Both the position numbers and the translations under genes were made by a program. From positions 1-61,784 of the IMG/VR virus record IMGVR_UViG_3300045988_109877: a stretch of 61,784 bases of DNA, one strand, 5' to 3'. Below the pieces are notes generated by a model, which was not told the origin of the DNA, made no database searches, and worked only from the letters and a program-made list of their open reading frames with translations. This document shows, one piece after another, positions 8,221 through 16,841 of the stretch (the stretch's first letter is position 1; each line of letters begins with the position of its first letter). Source of the DNA: a virus.

Positions 8221-9113
8221 AATGCTGTGATTCTTATTGATGATTTTACTTTGGTTGTCTTTGTGTATTCCTTGTAGGATTCAGGATTTTCCTCCTTGAA
8301 CTTCTTGGAGTCGAACGTTTCTTTGGTGGTGGGGTCGATGTAGGTGAGCCGCATATTGTCGGTTTCCCACTTCTTCACTCCAGCCTTCTCCATTTCGCCC
8401 TTCATCCGCTCGGAGAACGTCTTCACCTGCTCCTCTATCTCTTTCTTCTTTGCGAGCAGGTCAAGAATCTGCATCTCCATCGCCTTGTAGCGGTCGGGCA
8501 ACGTGTTGACGCTCGGCAGGGGGTTGACGAATTGCCGTCCTTCCACCTCGGCGGCGAGGAGAGAGTCAATCACGCTGTCAGGAATGCGCTGTACCTCCGT
8601 TATTTTAGCCTTGTCCCTACGAAGCCAGATGGCAAGCAGACCGACAACCTTACAGCCTGGGTTTTGCCGCTCGAAGAATGTGGCGTAGATGGACAGTTGC
8701 CAACGTACCTTGTCCTCGTTGAGATTGCTCACGGTCTTTATGTCGCCAAGGATATACTCCGTTTCTGAGACTTTGAACACCTTGTCAATAGGAGACGCAA
8801 AGTGCTCGTTGTCGCTGACAACGTACTCGGATTCACACGGAACGTAGCCGCCCTCCTTGATTAGCCGTTGGTAATTTACCACTTCTGGAATATCCTCGAA
8901 AGTAGTGCCGAAGTCGTCGCAGAACTCCACTTGTGCGTGGATTGCACTGCCACGCTCGGCTGCGGCCTTCAGCGTCTCTTCGTCAACCCCGGCATATTCA
9001 TCGGGAAACAATTGCCGTTGGAGCATCCCAGTGATGCCCTGCAACGCCCTCCCGTCGGGCGCGGTATAGGTATGCCCGACGGGGTCAAATATTATATCTG
9101 AATATCTCAACAT
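8217..9113 (-). CDS. PD-(D/E)XK family exonuclease (RecB/Cas4/YqaJ-like)
   Basis: SPIDKVF ... LGDIKTVS ... QLSIYA matches the D / (D/E)xK / QxxxY pattern. The gene is adjacent to the Erf annealase. Confidence 0.65.
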   Translation of the reverse strand: MLRYSDIIFDPVGHTYTAPDGRALQGITGMLQRQLFPDEYAGVDEETLKAAAERGSAIHAQVEFCDDFGTTFEDIPEVVNYQRLIKEGGYVPCESEYVVSDNEHFASPIDKVFKVSETEYILGDIKTVSNLNEDKVRWQLSIYATFFERQNPGCKVVGLLAIWLRRDKAKITEVQRIPDSVIDSLLAAEVEGRQFVNPLPSVNTLPDRYKAMEMQILDLLAKKKEIEEQVKTFSERMKGEMEKAGVKKWETDNMRLTYIDPTTKETFDSKKFKEENPESYKEYTKTTKVKSSIRITAL

Positions 9114-9114
9114 A

Positions 9115-9735
9115 TTAGCCTTGTTTTAGTTGTTGTTTTCTTTGGGAACAAGCGGTGATTACCGCTTCGTCCTTGCCGAAGTAATAAGAGTTCTTCTTAT
9201 ATATCGCAACGACTTCCTCCTCGGTCTGTGCGGCATACACCGCCGCTATTACTGCCGCCTTGTCAGGAGCAGGAATCTTGGGTGCTGGAGCAGTCGCCTT
9301 TGCCTTGCCTGAGCCCTTCGAGGTTGCCGTATACTCCTTGCCGTTGTTCAGAGCGTCCGCGTCTTTAGAGTCGTCGATAGCGAGCAATCCGTTGAGCGCG
9401 TATTTTCGAGCGTAGGATGATGCCGTACCCGTAACTTGGCTGCCGTCCATTCCTTTTTTTGACGCTTCCTCACGGGCGAATGCCTGGCTGGGCAGCGACC
9501 GTTCTCCGTCAGACAGTGTTGCGGTCGCCTTGACGTAGTATCTGTCGCCGAGCACCACAATATCATCGGTGATGTTTAGATACAGCCTCTCGGCTTTGAG
9601 GAGAGGCTTGACCGCCTCGAGGATGTCCTCGCAGTTGCGGTAATTGTAGCCGCCGAAGTTGTTCCGTTGATTCTTCGGTGCTTTGAGCTGCGATTGCACC
9701 GCAATCACACGCTCGGTAAAAGTCTTGTCTGCCAT
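9115..9735 (-). CDS. erf: ERF-family single-strand annealing protein
   Basis: The N-terminal KNQRNNFGGYNYRNCEDILEAVKPLLK and the SSYARKYALNGLLAID motif are typical of the Erf family. Confidence 0.65.
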   Translation of the reverse strand: MADKTFTERVIAVQSQLKAPKNQRNNFGGYNYRNCEDILEAVKPLLKAERLYLNITDDIVVLGDRYYVKATATLSDGERSLPSQAFAREEASKKGMDGSQVTGTASSYARKYALNGLLAIDDSKDADALNNGKEYTATSKGSGKAKATAPAPKIPAPDKAAVIAAVYAAQTEEEVVAIYKKNSYYFGKDEAVITACSQRKQQLKQG

Positions 9736-9737
9736 AT

Positions 9738-9920
9738 CTATATAAGTTTTTTATCCGTTATTATACAAAGCACTTTCGTGGAGGCGATGAACGACGCCAA
9801 CGCCCCAGCCTTGATGAGAGCGAACGGCAATAGTGCCGCACTCTCGTCCTCGTTGCAGAGGAGGACGATGCTGACTCCCATCCACACGGTCATCAGCAGG
9901 TAGATGATTAGTTTCTTCAT
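9738..9920 (-). CDS. Small membrane protein (60 aa)
   Basis: There are two hydrophobic segments (LIIYLLMTVWMGVSIVLL and ALASFIA). Confidence 0.4.
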   Translation of the reverse strand: MKKLIIYLLMTVWMGVSIVLLCNEDESAALLPFALIKAGALASFIASTKVLCIITDKKLI

Positions 9921-9931
9921 ATATCTATTTT

Positions 9932-10551
9932 TTATAATTGTCTGATAAAAAGGAGACTATCCTCACAGACCGCCTCCCTGAAAAAAACATTGTCAATAAT
10001 GATAAGAAAGTAATAGTCGGCTCGGAGGTATCGAACCTCGCCCCGGTCGTAGAGAATTGGATAAGAGTTGTTAATAATTACCGACCGAAGCCTACCAGTG
10101 CGAGCCGTGATGCCTCCCATATCCGTCACGGACGGGGAGGTAATAAAATACAGTCATAAAAAGAAAGTGTGTGGCAGAGGGGGGAATCGAACCCCCTGCG
10201 ACACCAAGTCTCTAATGAGACCGCCAATGATTTGACGGCAGTCACGAGGAGGAATCGAACCTCCCCTCGGCACCTTGCCACCGCTCGGAATATATAGAGT
10301 GAGCAGTCAAATGCTCTGTAAGGAGTGCTGCTCGTTGGTTGGTTGTATACACTGCGGCGTCATAGGCTCGCCGCTTAGCCTCAGCACCTGTTGCATAGTC
10401 GGTGCTGACCACATCCGCAACGCCAACTCACACACTCGGCTGGAATGCTTATTGTGTGCGACTCGTTGCGGTCGTTATGCTTGTAGTCAATACGTCAATG
10501 TACTCTTTGTAGGCAGGATGGGAATCGAACCCATCCGTATACCATACTGCC
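9932..10551 (-). ncRNA. Candidate large structured RNA or degenerate tRNA-like cluster with four T-arm-like hairpins
   Basis: This 620-nt stretch has no convincing ORF and is GC-rich, unlike the other (AT-rich) intergenic regions. Minus-strand hairpins with GGTTCGAT(T/A)CC loops are at 10024-10040, 10180-10196, 10248-10264 and 10516-10536. I could not complete a cloverleaf for any of them. Confidence 0.35.
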
Positions 10552-11034
10552 TTATTCGTAGATGAATGCGTCGGAGCATTCGTGCCCGACCAAATCACAG
10601 AACTCCTGTGCTTCACGGAGTAGATGCACGTGTCTGGGGCTGTCCAATCTCAGCGAGATTGCCCACTCGCCGGAGATGTAGCGGTTGCAGTCGACATTTA
10701 GAGTGTAAAGCTTGCCGTCCTCACCGCGGACTTCGGTTGATACTTCGGTGTAATTGTCCTGCTCTCTGGCTATCGCCTCTCTGCACTCGCGGACTGCCTT
10801 CATTAATGACTCCCGCTTAATACCTATCGGCTTGCGTTCTTCCAGAGTCTTGATGTTCTCCTCGTATTCATCCGCCCATTCTATCAAGGCTTTTGCGGCA
10901 GCCTCGTCTGCTTCTCTCACTTTCGGTGCGCTCTCTCGGAGAGCCGCTTCAGCGGCTTTGTAGGCTTCGAGCCGCTTCGCCCATATAGAAGGACGGTATA
11001 TGCTTCTTACATCTTCTTCCATATCTATGACCAT
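10552..11034 (-). CDS. Hypothetical acidic protein (160 aa)
   Basis: ORF is co-oriented and has an E/A-rich helical N-terminal half. Confidence 0.5.
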   Translation of the reverse strand: MVIDMEEDVRSIYRPSIWAKRLEAYKAAEAALRESAPKVREADEAAAKALIEWADEYEENIKTLEERKPIGIKRESLMKAVRECREAIAREQDNYTEVSTEVRGEDGKLYTLNVDCNRYISGEWAISLRLDSPRHVHLLREAQEFCDLVGHECSDAFIYE

Positions 11035-11387
11035 TCATATACATTGGTATATCCGTTGATGGCTTCGTCAAGGTCACCTTCATTCTCTATCTCCACGTCG
11101 CCCAGTTCACCATCGCAGGCGGTGATGTCAATAATGCTGACTCCATAAGCGTCCTCACCGTCCTCCGGCTCCGTGTAGGTCGCCGCGTGGTAATGCCTGT
11201 TCTCTGCCCACATATTGTAGAATACGGAGATGACTAAACCATCGACCTCTGTCCAGAATTCCCATTTCTCGTATGGATAGGTGAAAGCGTCCGAATATGA
11301 TTCGTCGACTTCTTTTTTGAACTCTTTTGCGATTTGCGCGATTTGCGCTTCGCTCAGTAGGACACTCTTTAATTCTGTTGTCTGCAT
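11025..11387 (-). CDS. Hypothetical acidic protein (120 aa)
   Basis: ORF is co-oriented and strongly D/E-rich. Confidence 0.5.
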   Translation of the reverse strand: MQTTELKSVLLSEAQIAQIAKEFKKEVDESYSDAFTYPYEKWEFWTEVDGLVISVFYNMWAENRHYHAATYTEPEDGEDAYGVSIIDITACDGELGDVEIENEGDLDEAINGYTNVYEWS

Positions 11388-11409
11388 TGCTCTATATGTT
11401 ATTGGTTAG

Positions 11410-11703
11410 TTAATTATGACTGAACACCTTGTCAAGGTCGCTCTTCTTGATTCTTATTATGTTGCCGTTTCGTCCTGTGGGGAGCCATCCACCACGGATG
11501 CGGTTGTAAATTGTTCCAACGCTGACATCCACGTATTCGGCAGCCTCCTTGATGGTAAGGAGAGGGTCTTCCTCCTGCGGCTTGACCGCTTCAAGCAGAC
11601 ATTCTCCCCAAGCGAGGAAAGCCTGTCGCAGTTGTTCGGTGGTCACTGAGATGGTGACGTTCTGACCGGATTGCAGGATGCTGTTGATGTCAAGCGTGTT
11701 CAT
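11410..11703 (-). CDS. Excisionase/MerR-type helix-turn-helix DNA-binding protein
   Basis: LLTIKEAAEYVDVSVGTIYNRIRGGWLP is a typical Xis-type HTH. Confidence 0.6.
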   Translation of the reverse strand: MNTLDINSILQSGQNVTISVTTEQLRQAFLAWGECLLEAVKPQEEDPLLTIKEAAEYVDVSVGTIYNRIRGGWLPTGRNGNIIRIKKSDLDKVFSHN

Positions 11704-11900
11704 TTCGTTCTCGTTGCGGTTGTCTTTAATTCACGGTAGTTCTGCACTACGCTGATTCTTTTCTTTCCGCCTTTGTTGATGGTGCAGGCGGCAGCACGGA
11801 CGGTAGATGTGGAGGCTTCTCGGTAGCCGAAGACGACTACGTCGCCGACCTCCATCTCTCTCAATGTTGCCCTTACGGACAATTTTTTCACCTTTTTCAT
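11700..11900 (-). CDS. Hypothetical protein (66 aa), first gene of the leftward operon
   Basis: ORF lies directly downstream of the minus-strand -7 box. Confidence 0.45.
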   Translation of the reverse strand: MKKVKKLSVRATLREMEVGDVVVFGYREASTSTVRAAACTINKGGKKRISVVQNYRELKTTATRTK

Positions 11901-11976
11901 TGCTAATTAGTTTTATATTAGTAACTTTGTGGTCTTAATAAGTATTCGCTTTACATCTTTGTTCTAGAATACGACA

Positions 11977-11984
11977 CAAAGATA
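11977..11984 (-). promoter_or_regulatory. Bacteroidetes-type -7 promoter box (TATCTTTG) for the leftward early operon
   Basis: The reverse complement of CAAAGATA matches TAnnTTTG. It lies about 77 nt upstream of the ATG at 11900 and within an imperfect dyad (ACATCTTTGT ... ACAAAGATATGT). Confidence 0.5.
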
Positions 11985-12007
11985 TGTAAAAATACCTATA
12001 CACGTAT

Positions 12008-12015
12008 TATATTTG
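12008..12015 (+). promoter_or_regulatory. Bacteroidetes-type -7 promoter box (TATATTTG) for the repressor-like gene
   Basis: It matches TAnnTTTG, lies 34 nt upstream of the ATG at 12049, and is bracketed by direct repeats GTAAAAATACC at 11986-11996 and 12030-12040. Confidence 0.5.
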
Positions 12016-12048
12016 CAAAGAAATTTTAGGTAAAAATACCAATTCAGA

Positions 12049-12492
12049 ATGATTACAAATAACGAACGTGACGAAAATGCTGTAAGACAACGTATTAATA
12101 GCGTCTTAGAAAAAGAAAAATCATCTATTTATGCGCTCTCGAAGGAAACGGGAGTGGAGCAGACTAAGTTGAATAGACAACTTAGTGGCACTTCTCGCCT
12201 CTCTTTTGAAACAATCAAGGTGTTTTTGCAACGATTTCCGAGGATTTCCGCAGAGTGGTTACTCAATGGTGTAGGCGATATGTGTTGTGGAGTCCCCGAC
12301 GAACAGCTCGAACGTGAGATAGCGGAGGAGACAGGTCGTGTGCAGAGCATCGGCGACAATTCCAGCCACAACACACAGACAATGACGGATTCCGCCATTG
12401 CCAAGGAGAATGAGATGCTAAGGAAGAGTATCGAGGAGAAGAACGAGGAAATCAAGTTCCTCCGCTCCTTAATCCAAAGGAATGCAGACTAA
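12049..12492 (+). CDS. CI-like HTH transcriptional repressor (no peptidase domain)
   Basis: The HTH IYALSKETGVEQTKLNRQLSG is followed by the ISAEWLLNGVGDM motif common in Bacteroidales phage repressors. The gene is divergent from the early operon. Confidence 0.6.
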   Translation: MITNNERDENAVRQRINSVLEKEKSSIYALSKETGVEQTKLNRQLSGTSRLSFETIKVFLQRFPRISAEWLLNGVGDMCCGVPDEQLEREIAEETGRVQSIGDNSSHNTQTMTDSAIAKENEMLRKSIEEKNEEIKFLRSLIQRNAD

Positions 12493-12504
12493 ATATTTTC
12501 GGTT

Positions 12505-12939
12505 ATGAGAAAGTTTTTTAACAAAATGAAAATGGTGGACGAGCAGATTGTGGAAACGCTGCACATCCATAGAAGCGTGCATCTCGCCAAACTGATGGTG
12601 CAGTTCTCCCCTCCTGTAGGCGCGGGACTGATGATGTGCCACACGGCGAGCCTCCTGTGCGGCTGTGTATGGACGATTGCTTCCGTAATAGCGCGGAGTG
12701 CGCTGCTCGTGTTCGCACTGATGGTGGTTCTTTCCGTGGCTTTCGGCTTCTGCTGGATTCATCGGGCGTTCTGCGGCTACAATTTATTGGTAAACGCTTG
12801 CATTGAATATGAGAAGCTGTTCGGGTTCGGAACGCTCCTTACCCCGGCGAGATGGTTTGTGCTTGCGCTTGGCGCCGTGCTTTTCTTCCTTTACTTCCGC
12901 CGAAAGTGGCTTGTTAAACACAAAAAATACAGAATCTAA
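12505..12939 (+). CDS. Membrane protein (144 aa)
   Basis: There are several hydrophobic helices (for example LLVFALMVVLSVAFGFCWI and WFVLALGAVLFFLYF). Confidence 0.5.
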   Translation: MRKFFNKMKMVDEQIVETLHIHRSVHLAKLMVQFSPPVGAGLMMCHTASLLCGCVWTIASVIARSALLVFALMVVLSVAFGFCWIHRAFCGYNLLVNACIEYEKLFGFGTLLTPARWFVLALGAVLFFLYFRRKWLVKHKKYRI

Positions 12940-12943
12940 AAAA

Positions 12944-13396
12944 ATGGATAAGAAGAAAATATTGAGATGGATAGCGGTGCCGATTGTGGCAGTCGTGGCG
13001 TGGTCGTTGGCGAACTGGATAGAGTTCGGATTGTTGCAATCCTTGCTTGATTGGCTTAGGACGCTGCATAACGACAATTGGTTCTGTCAGGCCCTTGTCC
13101 GCTTGGCTAATTCTAAATTCCCGGTCTTCTATCTGTGGGTTTTTGTGTACGGCTTTCTCGTGGCGTGTGCGATAGTGGCGACGGTGCGTGTGGCTCCCAG
13201 CCACAAACGCAAGGTGGCGGTTGTGGCTGCCGTGGTTGCGACTGCGACTCCGATTGTGCAGGAGTTGTGCCTTGCCGACTTGTCATCAGTCAGTGCAGTG
13301 CTCAAGGAGGTGGCTCGGGCGTGGTATTGGATTGGGATGGTGCTGATCGGCTCGCTTGCTGCTTGCAAGGTTGTGTACGACAATTATGACAGATAG
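12944..13396 (+). CDS. Membrane protein (150 aa)
   Basis: I chose the ATG at 12944 (MDKKKILRWIAVPIVAVVAWSL) because it follows the stop of the previous gene. There are four predicted TM segments. Confidence 0.5.
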   Translation: MDKKKILRWIAVPIVAVVAWSLANWIEFGLLQSLLDWLRTLHNDNWFCQALVRLANSKFPVFYLWVFVYGFLVACAIVATVRVAPSHKRKVAVVAAVVATATPIVQELCLADLSSVSAVLKEVARAWYWIGMVLIGSLAACKVVYDNYDR

Positions 13397-13654
13397 ATGG
13401 GTGCTATAATCAGACTTACGCTCGTGGTGATGATGGCGTTATGCTCCATCTCCGCCTGCGCCCCGGAGCGGACGCAGAGCCAGACAGAGAAGGTGTATGT
13501 GTGCCACGGCCCCAAGTCCAAGAGATACCATAGAAATCCCAACTGCAAGGGTCTGTGCCGTTGTTCCACCGACATCAGGCAGATGACAAGGCAAGAGGCG
13601 GAGGCAAAGCACTACACCCCTTGCAGGATATGCTACAAAAAAAGGGAGGCATAA
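13397..13654 (+). CDS. Small lipoprotein with a Cys/His-rich motif
   Basis: The signal peptide ends in a lipobox-like SISAC. It is followed by VYVCHGPKSKRYHRNPNCKGLCRC ... YTPCRICY. Confidence 0.5.
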   Translation: MGAIIRLTLVVMMALCSISACAPERTQSQTEKVYVCHGPKSKRYHRNPNCKGLCRCSTDIRQMTRQEAEAKHYTPCRICYKKREA

Positions 13655-13699
13655 TCTGTCTCCCTTGTCTCTGTAATACCCATACATAAGTCGCCATGG

Positions 13700-14050
13700 C
13701 TAATAACTCTCCATCCATTCGGTGTATGCGTCACATCCGCTGAGGCAGTCAGCCACATAGCCGGTGGTGTCCTGCTCGCACAGATACTCCCATACCGCCT
13801 TAGCCTCGGTCTGTCCTTCTCCTCGGTCGTAGGCTGTGGCGAACTCCTGCCACTCAGTAGAGGACTCCACTTTCGCCCACAACAACGGCTCCTCATCCGC
13901 AACGGAATCCATTAAGCAGAAAAAGGCATTGCCGCTCCAGTAGGTTTTGTTGACAGCCTCGGTTGAGGCATAGGCGGCGTGGACTCCGAAGCCGCACATA
14001 AACATCGCTCCCGAGAGGAGAGCCGCTGAGATATATTGTCTTGTTGTCAT
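13700..14050 (-). CDS. Secreted hypothetical protein (116 aa)
   Basis: There is an N-terminal signal-like segment AALLSGAMFMCGFGVHAAYA. Confidence 0.45.
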   Translation of the reverse strand: MTTRQYISAALLSGAMFMCGFGVHAAYASTEAVNKTYWSGNAFFCLMDSVADEEPLLWAKVESSTEWQEFATAYDRGEGQTEAKAVWEYLCEQDTTGYVADCLSGCDAYTEWMESY

Positions 14051-14063
14051 TGTCGTTGTTGTT

Positions 14064-14387
14064 TTATTCGGTTGTCACTTTGTTTAAATCAATGTCAGGG
14101 GTGGCGGTTCGCTTCTTTCCGCTGCGTGTGGTGTAGCGTATCTTGCCTGTCTCATCGTCCACCCACTTGACAAGGGTGATCACCCCGGACTCCGCATTGC
14201 TCTTGCTCACGCTGACCTCCTTGCGGTTCACTCCGTCGCTCACCACAATGTAGTATTTGACGTTTCCTTTCTTCGTCTCGCCCTGATGTATGCGGGGCGA
14301 CTCCATCGTGATAGTCTGAGACTCTACCCATTTCGCGCTTGCGGTGGATGCTATCAGCAGTGCCACCGCCAAGAAGATTGCTTTCAT
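14064..14387 (-). CDS. Secreted hypothetical protein (107 aa)
   Basis: The signal peptide is MKAIFLAVALLIASTASA. Confidence 0.5.
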   Translation of the reverse strand: MKAIFLAVALLIASTASAKWVESQTITMESPRIHQGETKKGNVKYYIVVSDGVNRKEVSVSKSNAESGVITLVKWVDDETGKIRYTTRSGKKRTATPDIDLNKVTTE

Positions 14388-14420
14388 AATTTGTTATTTA
14401 GTTAGTTAATATTTAAGTTG

Positions 14421-14588
14421 TTAGATGTTGCTCTTTTTGCTACCTTTATACTTGGCGAACAAGCCGATCGCCCAGACGGGGAAGGCTGCCGCCGCATATA
14501 TTGCGGTAAGGTCTTGCGTGTCGGTCACTGCCGCCATCAAGGTGGCGGAGAACAAGGACAGGGACGCAGATGCTAAAAATCGTATCAT
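14421..14588 (-). CDS. Small membrane protein (55 aa)
   Basis: Hand translation gives MIRFLASASLSLFSATLMAAVTDTQDLTAIYAAAAFPVWAIGLFAKYKGSKKSNI. A minus-strand -7 box (TACCTTTG) lies at 14615-14622. Confidence 0.35.
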   Translation of the reverse strand: MIRFLASASLSLFSATLMAAVTDTQDLTAIYAAAAFPVWAIGLFAKYKGSKKSNI

Positions 14589-14747
14589 AGTTCTTTGATT
14601 TTTGAATTACACCCCAAAGGTAATATGTATAACTTTACTAACCAAACAAAAAGTAAAGAAAATGTATTACGTTAACATTGTTTAGTAATTGGTATACACA
14701 TTACTATATATATAATGAGTACCTTTGTGTCATAAACATACAGATAT

Positions 14748-15053
14748 ATGGACAATCTTGACACTATCTTAAAGGCGAAAGGACTGACGAAGACGGCATT
14801 GGCTGACCGCCTCGGCATCAAAAAACAGAACCTTAACGGGCTACTCAAAAATCCAACGCTCTCCACCATCAGGAGAATAGCGGAAGCACTTGACATCAAT
14901 CCGAGAGAGTTGTTTGCCGCAGGCGCGGACGAGGTGACGGCACTGATTGAGTGTGACGGAGAGTTGTACGTGGCGCATGATCTGCGCACACTCCGCCAAT
15001 TGGTCGGAGATTTGGAAATATTGAAATCTGAGAGAGATGGGGCGCAAGGGTAG
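14748..15053 (+). CDS. XRE-family HTH regulator
   Basis: GLTKTALADRLGIKKQNLNGLL is an HTH. A -7 box TACCTTTG lies at 14720-14727. Confidence 0.65.
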   Translation: MDNLDTILKAKGLTKTALADRLGIKKQNLNGLLKNPTLSTIRRIAEALDINPRELFAAGADEVTALIECDGELYVAHDLRTLRQLVGDLEILKSERDGAQG

Positions 15054-15309
15054 ACCTTTCGGCACGGAGGTGGTCACCCCTCCGGAGGTAAGGAGAATAT
15101 TTGAGGAGTTGGGTATACAGCTCCTCGCCACACGCAGGGCGAGGCATCTGTCAATAGACGCACTCTCGGAGTTGGCAAGCGTGTCGAATATGACGGTCAG
15201 ACGAGGCGAACACCCTGCGGACTATCCTCGGTATCTTGGGCTCCATTCACTCGCCAAGATATGCAACGCTCTCGGCTGTGACATCGTCATCGTGCCACGC
15301 AGGAGGTAA
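15037..15309 (+). CDS. XRE-family HTH regulator
   Basis: LSIDALSELASVSNMTVRRGE is an HTH, and the C-terminal LAKICNALGCDIVIVP is typical of the family. Confidence 0.6.
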   Translation: MGRKGRPFGTEVVTPPEVRRIFEELGIQLLATRRARHLSIDALSELASVSNMTVRRGEHPADYPRYLGLHSLAKICNALGCDIVIVPRRR

Positions 15310-15385
15310 CTCCCATTGTGTGGGAACAAAAAAAAGAGGCTGCACTATGTGCAACCCCTTTTCGGTGTGTGGTGGTGTGGTCTTG

Positions 15386-15871
15386 CTATCTTGGGATCAA
15401 GACCAACGAGCAGTCAAGAGCCTCGCATAGGCTTAGTATCGTATTAAGACTTGCATTAAGGTTGCCACTTTCAATCCGTGCTATGTTTGAGCGAGCAACA
15501 CCGCTCTTCTCGCTGAGTTCCATCTGCGACATCTCTTTGCTCGTCCTCGCTTGTTTTAGTGCCTTGCATAGGCGCATCCGTGCCTCTGCCTCCGCCTTGC
15601 GCTTGCACACCTTGTGGTAGGTGTCCTCGTCATCAATTACTATCAGGCGGTATACATCATCATCACTCCATCCGTAGTCATCCTCCCACGTAGGGTTGTA
15701 TCTGGGGTCGGCGAAGTCAGCATAGGCAGCCTTGTCCATTTCTATGAGCGTGTATTCGGATTTTTCCATATCCTTCTCGTCTACATCATCAACCCACTCT
15801 ATGTCGTCTATTGTGACATATCCGTATCTCGGTGTCTGCGTAAGGTAGCATACATCTGTAATTGTTGCCAT
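15386..15871 (-). CDS. Acidic N-terminal domain fused to an XRE-family HTH
   Basis: The C-terminus MSQMELSEKSGVARSNIARIESG is an HTH. The N-terminal 90 aa are very D/E/Y/W-rich. Confidence 0.6.
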   Translation of the reverse strand: MATITDVCYLTQTPRYGYVTIDDIEWVDDVDEKDMEKSEYTLIEMDKAAYADFADPRYNPTWEDDYGWSDDDVYRLIVIDDEDTYHKVCKRKAEAEARMRLCKALKQARTSKEMSQMELSEKSGVARSNIARIESGNLNASLNTILSLCEALDCSLVLIPR

Positions 15872-15907
15872 TTTCTTATTCGTTTATAATTTTGTTGTTA
15901 TGTTTGT

Positions 15908-16630
15908 TTATTTCTTCAGCCCAATCTCATACTGATGCACATCGTAGTCGTGATAGCCTACCTTATATCTATCCCACACCTCGTATGTCAACTCTGGTAC
16001 ATCGTTAAAGACGACAAGGATTTCGTCTTCTCTCATTTTATCAAGCACGTCTGCGATGTCGTTCAACCGCTCTGCGAGGGCTTCTTCGTCTTCGCCGAAT
16101 GTCGCGGCATCCTCTCTCAAACCTTCTGCCTCTGACTTCTCGTAGACCGACAGGCGGTCTACTTCAATAAATGCCTTGCGCAGATCGAAAGGAGCATCCT
16201 CCCATCCGCAATCTGTCCACACTCGCTCGCCGTCACGCTTGGTGTATGAGTGCATCGTCAAGTCGTACTTCTTGGCGATTTCTTCAGCCTCTGCAAAAGA
16301 GGCGAAACCTACGATTGCCTTACCTGCCGTGGTGTCTACCACCTTGCAGTATGATGGTGTGTCAAGACCTTCGAGCGATGTAGGGCTATTGGTGCTGAAG
16401 TAGAAAACATCGCCTTCTTGGTTCACACCCTTGTAAACCCGTACATCATCATCAGCGAAATAATCAAGCATTTCTCTCGCCTGTTCTGCATCGAAACCAT
16501 TCAATTCGGTGATATACGCTTCGTTGAGTAACTCTTGCAATTCTTCTTCGCCATATTCGTCGGACGCCAGAAATGGGTCTGCATTGAATGTCATCACATT
16601 AACGTCTGTTGCATTGATTTTTGTTGCCAT
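15908..16630 (-). CDS. Highly acidic hypothetical protein (240 aa)
   Basis: The protein is D/E-rich throughout. It has its own -7 box (TATCTTTG, reverse complement of 16673-16680). Confidence 0.5.
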   Translation of the reverse strand: MATKINATDVNVMTFNADPFLASDEYGEEELQELLNEAYITELNGFDAEQAREMLDYFADDDVRVYKGVNQEGDVFYFSTNSPTSLEGLDTPSYCKVVDTTAGKAIVGFASFAEAEEIAKKYDLTMHSYTKRDGERVWTDCGWEDAPFDLRKAFIEVDRLSVYEKSEAEGLREDAATFGEDEEALAERLNDIADVLDKMREDEILVVFNDVPELTYEVWDRYKVGYHDYDVHQYEIGLKK

Positions 16631-16753
16631 AGTTTTTTGTTTTTAAGTTAGTATTGGTTTTTATTTCTGATGCAAAGATAATACACAATGTAGTATATAT
16701 GCAACACTTTACTCAACAAAATGCACAACGTTAACACTTTTTAGCAAAGACAG

Positions 16754-16789
16754 GCAAAAAACAAGGTGTGACAATGTGCGCCACACCTT
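16754..16789 (-). terminator. Rho-independent terminator (minus strand)
   Basis: The minus strand reads AAGGTGTGgcgcacattgtCACACCTT followed by GTTTTTTGCC, just after the stop at 16842. Confidence 0.65.
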
Positions 16790-16841
16790 ACTATATAATA
16801 TATGCACATTTTGCACAAATACGTGTAAAGTGTGCAAAACA

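Noticed and set aside
10017-10551. Four canonical tRNA genes on the minus strand
   Set aside because: T-arm and 3' acceptor-like sequences are present. In each case I could not find the complementary 5' acceptor strand, a D-arm or a 7-nt anticodon loop. I therefore report them as tRNA-like elements and leave the final call to tRNAscan-SE.
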